Source: Oligoflexus sp. (GTDB lineage: Bacteria; Bdellovibrionota_B; Oligoflexia; Oligoflexales; Oligoflexaceae). Taken from it: 24,273 bases of DNA. Location of the stretch: assembly GCA_041736305.1 (NCBI GenBank), contig JBGSTX010000386.1, positions 1 to 24,273 on the forward strand, written 5' to 3'. Both the position numbers and the translations under genes were made by a program. This document shows, piece after piece, positions 7,836-16,195 of this stretch. The notes beneath the pieces are model-generated. The model ran no database searches. It was not told the origin of the DNA and saw only the letters and a program-made list of their open reading frames with translations. The first letter of the stretch is position 1. Each line of letters starts with the position of its first letter.

Positions 7836-8983
7836 AGATGCGTATTTCAACTCAGAAAGTTAATTCCTTCTCACTCCTAGTGGCGACAGCTATCTTCGCG
7901 ACGGCCTGTGGTGTCGAAGTCGGTAATCCAGGTAAGCCAAAAGCTAAGAGTGGTCCTGGAGTAAAAAATACAGAAGTAGAACAAAAGCAGGTGAACCTCG
8001 TCCAGGCTGTGGAGAGTCAGTATAGCGAAGCTTTGATTGCTAGTCTTGAAAACTACGCTCTTTTTGATCTAGGAACTACCTTGAGTCTGCTCGAAGGCAA
8101 AGGGGCCGGTTCGGGTCAGGGCTTTGCGAAGGGTCAGAGCGAGAACGAGAAGGCTGCTAGTAAGAAGGGTCGGGTTTGTAATGACGACCAGGGTGCTCAG
8201 GGCGAGCTTACGCTTTCGCGTGAGCAAACGGGTAAGGTCCAGCAGTATATGGATAGGTCCGAGCAGGCTAAGCTTGCTATTGAAGATACTTATCAGAGGA
8301 AATTCTCGGCCCAGCTTTCAGTGGCCGGGAGTACGCTCAAGTGTAGGAACGACAAGATGGGGCCGGACCTTGATTGGTCTCAGTTAAATTTGGTTGGTAT
8401 TGAATCGACTGTCGACAGGACTGTCATCCGAAGTGCGAAGAAGGATGATGAGGCTGCGGTTGAGACTTTGATCAAGTCGCAGAGTAAGCAAGAGGCTAGT
8501 ATTAAGAAGCTAGCATTTGAGTCCACGGGTTTGAAGCTTGAGAGGACTTTGCAGTTCAGTAGCGAGCTTAGTACGAAGAAGTCGTCGGGTTCGGGCGAGG
8601 AGATCAAGACGAGTGTAAAGACTTTGGCGGACAGGCCTCTTGTAATTCAGGAGGAATACAATGCCGGGTCTTTATTGCAGAGAGTTTTAATAGCGAGGGG
8701 CGCGGTCAGTTCGGTGCTTGCTGATGGGTCGACTGTGCAGTTGGATTATAAGGATTTGGTATTGGATGGTTCAGGTAGTTGTCAGCCTCTTTCGGGGTCG
8801 ATTGCGGGGCAGGTTAGTTCGGGTTCTGCCCAGGAGATTTTTTCGATAGTTTTTGAGCAGGGGTTGGCCTACTTCAAGTCTGTTGATGGTGAGAAGGTTC
8901 CTTTGGTTCTGGAGCGTTGTAAGATAGATAGTGTTTCGTTTGTTGGTGAGGGTGATAGTAAGGCAAAGAAGGCGGGTAAATAG
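7832..8983 (+). CDS. Hypothetical lipoprotein translationally coupled to the TIGR02147 gene
   Basis: ATGA overlap and AAGGAG RBS (ATG 7838 is an alternative start). Lipobox FATA-C followed by GVEVGNP. Beta-rich body with four further Cys. Confidence 0.85.
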   Translation: MKMRISTQKVNSFSLLVATAIFATACGVEVGNPGKPKAKSGPGVKNTEVEQKQVNLVQAVESQYSEALIASLENYALFDLGTTLSLLEGKGAGSGQGFAKGQSENEKAASKKGRVCNDDQGAQGELTLSREQTGKVQQYMDRSEQAKLAIEDTYQRKFSAQLSVAGSTLKCRNDKMGPDLDWSQLNLVGIESTVDRTVIRSAKKDDEAAVETLIKSQSKQEASIKKLAFESTGLKLERTLQFSSELSTKKSSGSGEEIKTSVKTLADRPLVIQEEYNAGSLLQRVLIARGAVSSVLADGSTVQLDYKDLVLDGSGSCQPLSGSIAGQVSSGSAQEIFSIVFEQGLAYFKSVDGEKVPLVLERCKIDSVSFVGEGDSKAKKAGK

Positions 8984-8984
8984 G

Positions 8985-9563
8985 TTGGGGGGCGACTACC
9001 GCTACGATCCCCCGGATGACTCCACCAGTACCCCTGACAGCGGTACAAACCCAGTAGCTGGAAACGGCCAAGGCGGCAGTGCGGACGAAGACAACGGTTC
9101 CGTTTCAAGCCCAGACGAAAGCAATGCTTCTCTCGCGAAGGCATGTGCTCCTCACTTCCGCGGCATAGGCACCAAGATCAAAGTATTGAGCGTAAGCAGT
9201 GCAACTCAAGCGGTAACGATCTCGCCCGACACTGTTCTAGCCATTCATCTCAGCGGTAATCAAAACCAGATCGACCTCAATCTAGGTGCCTCCAGCGGCA
9301 TAGCTGGCGTCTGTCTGATCCTCACTGGTAATCAGTCTGCGGCAAAGATCAGCAGTGCTTCCAGCTTCAACAAGCTGGTCTATGTAGGTCGTGGCAACCT
9401 GAGTCAGGGTCAAATAGCAATGCAAGATGGTGCCAGCATCGCGAGTGCCAACATAGAGCTCTCAGGCAAGCAAGCTAAGCTTGCCGTCAACGGTGTAGCT
9501 GATGGTTCTTGCTCCACAGCCAAAATGAAAGGAAACTCGCCAGAGCTCCAGTGCACAAAATAA
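8985..9563 (+). CDS. Hypothetical secreted-type protein, apparently lacking its 5' end/signal peptide
   Basis: Ser/Asp/Gly-rich linker, then a beta-solenoid-like repeat region (LSGNQ, LTGNQS, GRGNLS, LSGKQA) with 4 Cys. The residues encoded by 8931-8984 are an off-frame read of the upstream gene. The only nearby start is TTG 8985, which gives no signal peptide. Confidence 0.6.
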   Translation: MGGDYRYDPPDDSTSTPDSGTNPVAGNGQGGSADEDNGSVSSPDESNASLAKACAPHFRGIGTKIKVLSVSSATQAVTISPDTVLAIHLSGNQNQIDLNLGASSGIAGVCLILTGNQSAAKISSASSFNKLVYVGRGNLSQGQIAMQDGASIASANIELSGKQAKLAVNGVADGSCSTAKMKGNSPELQCTK

Positions 9564-9585
9564 TCGTCTTCTAAAGACTCCCAAC

Positions 9586-9631
9586 AAAAATAAAAGCCAG
9601 CCCTTAACAAAGAGCTGGCTTCTTAATTTTT
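9586..9631. terminator. Bidirectional intrinsic terminator
   Basis: AAGCCAGC (9594-9601) pairs with GCTGGCTT (9614-9621). An A tract lies to the left and a T-rich tract to the right, between convergent stops at 9563 and 9656. Confidence 0.8.
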
Positions 9632-9655
9632 CCCAAAATGCAGCTAGACCAAGAG

Positions 9656-11764
9656 CTATTTCATGCCCAGGACACCAAGGAGAATGCCACCATGCTTAAG
9701 AAAGAAGGGGGCAAACACCAGGCTTAGAATAGCCATAAGTTTCATCAGAATATTGATCGAGGGGCCTGAGGTGTCCTTGAAAGGATCGCCAACGGTATCA
9801 CCCACAACAGCGGCCTTATGAGCCTGCGATCCCTTGCCACCGAGCTGTCCGCTCTCGATATACTTCTTAGCATTATCCCAGGCACCGCCAGAGTTCGAGG
9901 CTGAGAGAGCCATAACCAATCCAGCAACAAGAGAACCGGCCAAGACTCCAGCCAGAGCTTCGATTCCGAAGAGGAAGCCCACCACCAGCGGCGTAAGCAA
10001 GACCAGTAGACCTGGGGCGATCATCTGCTTGATGGCCGCCGAAGTCGATATTTCTACGCAAGTCTTGTAATCAGGACGATCCTTGCCAGTCAATATCCCT
10101 GGCTTTTCGCGAAACTGCCGGCGCACTTCTTCGATCATCGCATAGGCAGCGATGCCGACGCCTTTCATAGTTTGAGCGGTGAAGAGAAATGGAATCACCC
10201 CTCCGATCAGCAGGCCTGAAAAGACCAGAGGCGAAAGTATGTTGAGAGTGTTCATCTCCGAGCGAACCAGAAACGCTGAGAAGAGGGCTAGGGCAGTGAG
10301 AACCGCTGAACCAATCGCAAAGCCTTTACCGATCGCAGCCGTAGTATTTCCGGCCGCGTCCAAGAGGTCGGTACGCTTCCGAACCTCAGGACCGAGCTCA
10401 GCCATCTCAGCGATACCACCAGCATTGTCCGAGACTGGACCGTAAGCATCGATAGTCAAACCAATAGCGATCGTTGAAATCATACCCAGCGCGGCAATAG
10501 CGATGCCGTACATGCTCGCGACCGACCAGGAGACATAAGTAGCAACGGCAATAGCCACCACAGGCACGACTGCCGACTTATATCCCAAAGCCAAACCGTA
10601 GATGATATTAGTAGCAGGACCAGAAGTTGAAGCATTCGCGACTTCTCGTACGGGCTTATACGCATGAGAGGTGTAGTATTCAGTTACGTAGCCGATCAGA
10701 AGACCCGACCAAAGGCCGGCGAGGAGGGAGAGGAGAACCCCGTTGTTCGTGACGGTCTGCCCATTGACTTCAAAACTATCGACCATTGCATACTTAGTAA
10801 CGAAGACCATAGCGATGGTCATAAAAATGGTCGAAAGCAGCAGCTGTCGCTTCAGGACAGGTTCTGCAGACGTAGCATCTGGCTTCAATTTGGCAAAAAC
10901 CGAGGTCAAGAGACAAACCGGGATTCCAACAGCTGAAATCAGGATGGGAAAGTAAAACGCGCTGGGAGCGTTGACGATCGCTACCGAAGTCGCGCCGATT
11001 AGGAGAGCGGCACAAGTCGCCTCTGCGCATGAACCGAAGAGGTCAGCACCCATTCCTGCGATATCACCGACGTTGTCGCCAACGTTATCGGCGATGACGG
11101 CTGGGTTACGTGGGTCATCTTCAGGAATACCTTGTTCCAGCTTACCGACCAGGTCGGCACCTACATCCGCCGCCTTTGTGTAAATACCACCTCCCACACG
11201 GCCAAAGAGGGCTACCGAAGATCCGCCAAGCCCAAAGCCGGCGACCATCTCCATCAGGAGTTCATGATCACTAATAAAATTGGAATAGAAAAGGCAGATA
11301 CTGATCAAACCGAGAACGGCGAGTCCGATCAGGCCAAAGCCCATCACCATCCCCGAATTGAAGGCCACGGTAAAGGCTTCGGACAGCCCCTTGCGCGCCT
11401 GGATAGTCGTGCGCACGTTGCCTTTAGTAGCAATCTTCATTCCGAGAAACGCGGAAAGGCTCGAGATGCAGGCTCCGAAAAGGAAGGCCGCGGCGCTATA
11501 GAAGCCTTCATGGATCTCCGTCTCACTGTTGTCGAGGAGGAGCAGCATCACTAGCGCAAAGATAGCTACGAAACCTCCAACGTAGCGATACTCGCGGGAT
11601 AGAAAGGCCATCGCACCTTCGGCGATCGCGCCTGAGATTTCGTTGAATTTCGCGAGCTGTTGGGGATTATCACCCTCGACAGGAACCGCCAGCACTTTTT
11701 TCGCATAAATGCCCGCGGTAGCTAAGGCGAGCAACGCCGAGCCGTAGATAAAGTAAACGACCAA
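9656..11764 (-). CDS. hppA: Membrane-bound pyrophosphatase, K+-dependent, predicted H+-pumping (plant/protist-type signature)
   Basis: Motifs [75 protein letters not shown] and [17 protein letters not shown] start at 11764 follows a GGAGGGG RBS; the ORF-track start at 11902 adds a non-homologous leader. Confidence 0.96.
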   Translation of the reverse strand: MVVYFIYGSALLALATAGIYAKKVLAVPVEGDNPQQLAKFNEISGAIAEGAMAFLSREYRYVGGFVAIFALVMLLLLDNSETEIHEGFYSAAAFLFGACISSLSAFLGMKIATKGNVRTTIQARKGLSEAFTVAFNSGMVMGFGLIGLAVLGLISICLFYSNFISDHELLMEMVAGFGLGGSSVALFGRVGGGIYTKAADVGADLVGKLEQGIPEDDPRNPAVIADNVGDNVGDIAGMGADLFGSCAEATCAALLIGATSVAIVNAPSAFYFPILISAVGIPVCLLTSVFAKLKPDATSAEPVLKRQLLLSTIFMTIAMVFVTKYAMVDSFEVNGQTVTNNGVLLSLLAGLWSGLLIGYVTEYYTSHAYKPVREVANASTSGPATNIIYGLALGYKSAVVPVVAIAVATYVSWSVASMYGIAIAALGMISTIAIGLTIDAYGPVSDNAGGIAEMAELGPEVRKRTDLLDAAGNTTAAIGKGFAIGSAVLTALALFSAFLVRSEMNTLNILSPLVFSGLLIGGVIPFLFTAQTMKGVGIAAYAMIEEVRRQFREKPGILTGKDRPDYKTCVEISTSAAIKQMIAPGLLVLLTPLVVGFLFGIEALAGVLAGSLVAGLVMALSASNSGGAWDNAKKYIESGQLGGKGSQAHKAAVVGDTVGDPFKDTSGPSINILMKLMAILSLVFAPFFLKHGGILLGVLGMK

Positions 11765-12026
11765 GATCTTCCCCTCCGAGTTTACAAGACTAGATGTGCA
11801 GTGTGCTTTGAGCACTTTTTTATGCCCAGGTGTGCATGAAGTGGCAAGACTAAAGTGTATCTTTCTCATCGACACAAGTTTATCCGGCCACCTCTGCTGC
11901 ATGGTTTATGGATGCCATAGAAGCTAGTGACTTTAAAGCACTAAGCAGCTCTTTGTGTCTAGCTCTCAATTTTCAGCGACGTTTAGCCGAAATCTACTCC
12001 GGGCCCTTAGTGGAGGTAGATATATT

Positions 12027-12944
12027 TTGAACTCTTACCTGAATCAATACCTGCGCGGATTATTACTAGTTCTGGCTAGCAGTGGCTTCGGGGCACTCTC
12101 GCTTCAGGCGCAGGGCAAAAGGGTCAAAGTCGTCACCTATATAGACGACGTCCAAGACGAACGCCGTTCGACACGCTGGACCCTCACCGAATGGCTACGC
12201 ATCAAAGAACGCATGAAAATGATGGACGTATGGCTGGCTATGTTCAGCGATCCGGCAAAAGATAAGTTTGCACCCGAGCTGAGTCTGACCTATAGCCGCG
12301 CTGGAGGGATGAGCCAATTCTCACTGGGCGTGCCCGAGATTTTCAATGAAGAGCAGCAAGAAATCGATTCTCGTCATCTCATGGAGAGCGGCCGTGTTCA
12401 GTTCTGGTTTACCAACCTCGTCTCGGCTAGTACCGGTCTCCGCACACTCGACATCGACCTGGGTCTCGAAGGCCAGCTCAGCAAGCGCAGCTTCACCCAC
12501 GATCAGGAGATGGTAAGCCCCGTCGATGCTAGCGTCTTCTCCCTCCAGGAAAACAAGCTGACGACCGCCGGGATCAATCTGCGACTCTTCGGCGCCAATT
12601 CCCAAGATTCGACTTTGGTCGCAAAAGCTGGGAAGTTTGAACTCGATACAGGTTACGATCTCGAGGGTCTCCGCAAGTCTGAAGGCCAGTATGTGGGAGG
12701 AGAGATGGCTCTCTACTTCATGAAATGGCTCGGCGCTGAAGGGCACTATCTGCAGCTAAAACCGCAAGGCAATGCCGTCTGGAAGGGCAAAGGCTCGCAG
12801 GCGGAATACGGAGGTTTCCTGGAAATCTACAACTTCCGCATCGGCTACGGCTCTTACCGCCGCGATTGGAGCTTTGAGTCGGAGGGGACACGCCTCGATT
12901 CTAGCGAAAAGGGCAACGCCTTTTTTATGCGCCTCTATTTTTAG
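12027..12944 (+). CDS. Hypothetical exported protein, probable outer-membrane beta-barrel
   Basis: TTG 12027 after GGAGG; signal peptide (...GFGALSLQA); alternating aromatic/Gly strands; C-terminal FFMRLYF resembles a BAM beta-signal. Confidence 0.65.
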   Translation: MNSYLNQYLRGLLLVLASSGFGALSLQAQGKRVKVVTYIDDVQDERRSTRWTLTEWLRIKERMKMMDVWLAMFSDPAKDKFAPELSLTYSRAGGMSQFSLGVPEIFNEEQQEIDSRHLMESGRVQFWFTNLVSASTGLRTLDIDLGLEGQLSKRSFTHDQEMVSPVDASVFSLQENKLTTAGINLRLFGANSQDSTLVAKAGKFELDTGYDLEGLRKSEGQYVGGEMALYFMKWLGAEGHYLQLKPQGNAVWKGKGSQAEYGGFLEIYNFRIGYGSYRRDWSFESEGTRLDSSEKGNAFFMRLYF

Positions 12945-13018
12945 AATCTTTTTGACTGCTGTCAGTAAAGCGATTAGCCTGAAGCGGAAACACTTAACTT
13001 CCGTCCGGGGGAATCGCC

Positions 13019-13615
13019 ATGGTGCAGCAGCTTCGTCTACCTTCGCTGTTGATAGCTTTACCCAAGTTGATGGACAATCAGTTCCATAGGTCAGTGGTCC
13101 TTCTGGTCGAACAGAATAAGGATGGAGCCTGCGGCTACATCATCAATAAACCGCTTCCGGCCAACGAACGCGATGCAGCCTTTCAAAAGCGCTATAAAAT
13201 TCCTTCTTATGTCCCCGTGTGGAACGGCGGACCTCTCGGCAGTCATCAAGGAGTGGTGATTCACAATAGAGGTAAAGACGTGCAAGCGGGAGTATCGGTT
13301 GGTCAACTGCGCATCAGCACCAGTGAGGAGGCGATCGACGGTCTCATCGAGCAAGTTGACATCGATATGCAGCAAATTCAGCCGCGACCGGAACTCGAGC
13401 CTTCGGTTATACCTTTTCGCTTCGTCATTGGTTCTTCGGGATGGGCACCTAAGCAGATCGAGTTAGAACTGAAGGCCGGTCTGTGGATTCAGCAGCCTCT
13501 CGACGAGCGCCTGATCTTCCATACTCCCTGGCAGGAAATGTGGACCCGGGCCATCGATAAGCTCGGGGTGGAGCTGTTGGATATAGCTCCTACTTCGCAG
13601 TCATACCTTAACTGA
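13019..13615 (+). CDS. yqgE: YqgE/AlgH family protein (DUF179/UPF0301)
   Basis: LLIALPKLMDNQFHRSVVLL...GACGYIINKP...VWNGGP...FVIGSSGWAPKQIELELKAGLW...LIF...W. Confidence 0.9.
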   Translation: MVQQLRLPSLLIALPKLMDNQFHRSVVLLVEQNKDGACGYIINKPLPANERDAAFQKRYKIPSYVPVWNGGPLGSHQGVVIHNRGKDVQAGVSVGQLRISTSEEAIDGLIEQVDIDMQQIQPRPELEPSVIPFRFVIGSSGWAPKQIELELKAGLWIQQPLDERLIFHTPWQEMWTRAIDKLGVELLDIAPTSQSYLN

Positions 13616-16195
13616 ACGTCGACGACGACGCAGTTTTCTCGCTAAACGCTGAGCTGGAACGCGGATAGACCAGCCCATGAGGGCCAGAATTGGCGTAAGC
13701 AGAACATTGCCCCAGATCAGCCGCTGCTTCAGATCTTCGGTAGATTCCTGCATACTGAGCCTGATGTGCCGTTGTTCGGCGCGGAGCCTGGCCTCTTCCT
13801 GTCTCAGACTCTTCAGCTTCTGCTCTTGTTCAATAGCTATCGTCGAGAGAGCCTCGTCCTCTTCAGGATTCTGTGAGCCCTGGATCTGAGTCTCGATTTC
13901 CTGCAGCTGCAGACTGACCTTTTCAGCCTGATCCTGCCATTGACTCTGACCCTCCTGCTGCAGTTTTTGAAAGCGGACGAAAGGCCGTGGCAGACGCCGA
14001 CTGTTGCGGACTGCGATCAAGTCTTTATTTCCACCCGCAAATTCCACGGAACGTAAGAAAAAGCTCAGGTTATCGTTCTTCGGCTTCAAAATCATTTGAT
14101 TGCGGGACTGAATCTTGTCGACTGTATGATGGTCAGCAATAAAATCGACGTCGGCGAAGAGCACGACCGCGTTATCCTTCTCGGCATCTCTCTTGTGCTC
14201 CATGATAGGCGAACCTGCCGGCGCATTGGAGAAGGCCGAGAAGAAGCGGCCGAATAAGACACCGGCGAGGACGCGCTGCTGTTCATCGGGTTTGAGTTGG
14301 GCGCTGAGCGCCGCGGCTTGCATGTAGCTGGCCAGACTCGTCGGAATAGTTCCGCTCTCGGTGCTGGTCTGAGCTAAGATACTCCAGTGGAGACCATTAT
14401 TACGGTAGCCGCCGAACCAGCCCGATTCAGCGAAAATAAGCTGCCGGATACGATTGGAAATTAAGTGGGTTGCGTTGAGATCCTGCGACTGCAGAGTGAT
14501 GTAGTAAGGATAATCGACTGTTTGATAGGCGGACTGCATCGGTGTCAAGCGCGAAGCATCTCCCACCATGCGTTGGGAGTTGAAGTCGAGTCCCCAAGCT
14601 TTCAAGAGCCGAGGCATCTGGCTCGCGAGCTGCAGCTGAGAAGTCTGCGCTGAAGCCAAAGGGTTATTATAGACCAGCTCGCTTCTGCACAGAGGGTCGA
14701 GGGCAAGCATGAGGTTGCCGCCGCTGACCACGAACTGATCAAGAGCATATTCGGTTTTCTCGCTGATATTCTTCGGGTGAATGACCAGCAGGGTATGGAT
14801 GTTTGCGGCAATTTGATCACTATTCGAAGGGACAGAGATGACCTGATAGAGATTGCGCAAGGCGGAAACGACTGCCCAGTCTCGCACTCCCTGCTCGCGC
14901 ATCATCGGCAGCGAGGACATAATGCCGAGTATCGGCTTGTTCTTCTGCGATATTTTCACGAGAGCTTCGATCAGTTCATATTCCAGCTGATCCTCGCGCT
15001 GCGGATCGAAGTAGGATATCCCGAGTGTCTGCGCACCCATGGAAAACACCGCTCCGAAAAAGACCGGATCACCGACGCTAGAACCTACCGCTGTAAGACC
15101 ATGCGTGCGTGCCTCCATCTCTCGCTCAGGACGGGTCAGTGGATCGACGATGCTGTAGGAAAAAGTCTTTGAGGGTACTGCTGTAAGTTCCCGGAGCAGT
15201 TCTTCAATGCGCTGACCGTAGGTTCTTAGGGCTGGCTCGAGAGAGGGATGAGAGCGCGAAATGAAGAAACGCACGTGGACCGGCTCGGGCAACTTCGTGA
15301 CTATCGCCAGAGAGCCTTCTGACAAGGAGTAGAGCTCGTCGGCAGTCAAGTCCCAGCGTTTATGGAAAGAAAAACTCAGGAATAGGAGGAGCGCAGAGAG
15401 TGTCGTCGCTGCAAGGAGACCATAAATAGTACGAGCTTCCGGATGCCGCCAGTTTGAAGACGAGATCGAGCGACGATGGATGAGGAGCCCATAGGAGGCG
15501 CTGAGCAGCACCGCGAGAGACAGTATCCAGTAGAAGAAATCGCGGCTGTCGATAACACCGCGCAGAAAGCTGAGCAGATGATAGGAACCGCTCCAGCGGC
15601 TGATATCAGTGAAGATGCCAGATGAGAAGGCATGCGAGAGATTTTCACTCAGGAGATCGCAGGCCGGTAGATTGTAGAGGAGACAGAAGGCAAAGCCCAG
15701 AGCATAGGTGCTCATAGGACGGGAAGTCATGCAGGAGGCAAGGAGACAAAGTCCGAGCTGAACGCTGAGAAAGCCAAGGCAACCGATGTAGCTGCTAGCG
15801 ATAATCCCCAGGTCAGGATTGCCCAAATAGAGAACGGTCGCCGTCAAAGGCCAGGTCAGGAGGAGACCGACGGTCATCAAAATCCAGGCCGATCCGTACT
15901 TGACGAGCAGGCATCGAAGCGTGCTGTGCGGGAGACTGAGCAGCCACACAAAGGTGCCTAGTCGCGACTCCCGGGACCAAAGATTGATACCGAGGAGGGG
16001 CAGAAAAAGGGCGCCTAGCCAAGGTAAATAAGCAAAGAGCGGCGTTAGCTGAGCCTGTTGCCCGTTGAGAAGCTTGGCGTGTAAAAGCGTGGTGACTGCG
16101 CAGCTTATCACCCATAGGGTCACCCAAGCATGGGCCCAAGGCCGCAAGAGAAACGATCGCAATTCGTGCCCAATAAGACCCTGCAGAGCTTTCAA
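13601..16195 (-). CDS. GldF-like ABC-2 permease fused to a GldG-like auxiliary domain
   Basis: About 240 N-terminal aa form a 6-TM permease (ELRSFL, WSRESRLGT..WLLSLP, LLVKY, FLRGVIDSRD). Then GldG motifs WDLTADELYSLSEGS, LEYEL, LLVIHPK...YALDQFVVSGGNLMLALDP and LFADVDFI, a coiled coil and a terminal TM helix. Confidence 0.88.
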   Translation of the reverse strand: MKALQGLIGHELRSFLLRPWAHAWVTLWVISCAVTTLLHAKLLNGQQAQLTPLFAYLPWLGALFLPLLGINLWSRESRLGTFVWLLSLPHSTLRCLLVKYGSAWILMTVGLLLTWPLTATVLYLGNPDLGIIASSYIGCLGFLSVQLGLCLLASCMTSRPMSTYALGFAFCLLYNLPACDLLSENLSHAFSSGIFTDISRWSGSYHLLSFLRGVIDSRDFFYWILSLAVLLSASYGLLIHRRSISSSNWRHPEARTIYGLLAATTLSALLLFLSFSFHKRWDLTADELYSLSEGSLAIVTKLPEPVHVRFFISRSHPSLEPALRTYGQRIEELLRELTAVPSKTFSYSIVDPLTRPEREMEARTHGLTAVGSSVGDPVFFGAVFSMGAQTLGISYFDPQREDQLEYELIEALVKISQKNKPILGIMSSLPMMREQGVRDWAVVSALRNLYQVISVPSNSDQIAANIHTLLVIHPKNISEKTEYALDQFVVSGGNLMLALDPLCRSELVYNNPLASAQTSQLQLASQMPRLLKAWGLDFNSQRMVGDASRLTPMQSAYQTVDYPYYITLQSQDLNATHLISNRIRQLIFAESGWFGGYRNNGLHWSILAQTSTESGTIPTSLASYMQAAALSAQLKPDEQQRVLAGVLFGRFFSAFSNAPAGSPIMEHKRDAEKDNAVVLFADVDFIADHHTVDKIQSRNQMILKPKNDNLSFFLRSVEFAGGNKDLIAVRNSRRLPRPFVRFQKLQQEGQSQWQDQAEKVSLQLQEIETQIQGSQNPEEDEALSTIAIEQEQKLKSLRQEEARLRAEQRHIRLSMQESTEDLKQRLIWGNVLLTPILALMGWSIRVPAQRLARKLRRRRRSVKV

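Noticed and set aside
8975-9000. Possible dif/Xer site at the skew switch
   Set aside because: No match to the XerC/XerD dif pattern (e.g. no TTATGTTAAA-like arm) is visible.
11765-11902. 46-aa N-terminal extension of HppA in the ORF track
   Set aside because: It does not resemble PPase sequence, and a strong RBS precedes TTG 11764.
11785-11943. Short repeats and palindromes in the hppA divergent spacer (CAAGACTA twice; GTGCTTTGAGCAC; TAGTGACTTTAAAGCACTA)
   Set aside because: They are short, imperfect and of unequal spacing, so they cannot be separated from chance without comparative data.
13601-13615. 15-nt tail-to-tail overlap of yqgE and the gldFG-like gene
   Set aside because: Short convergent overlaps are common and imply no special function.
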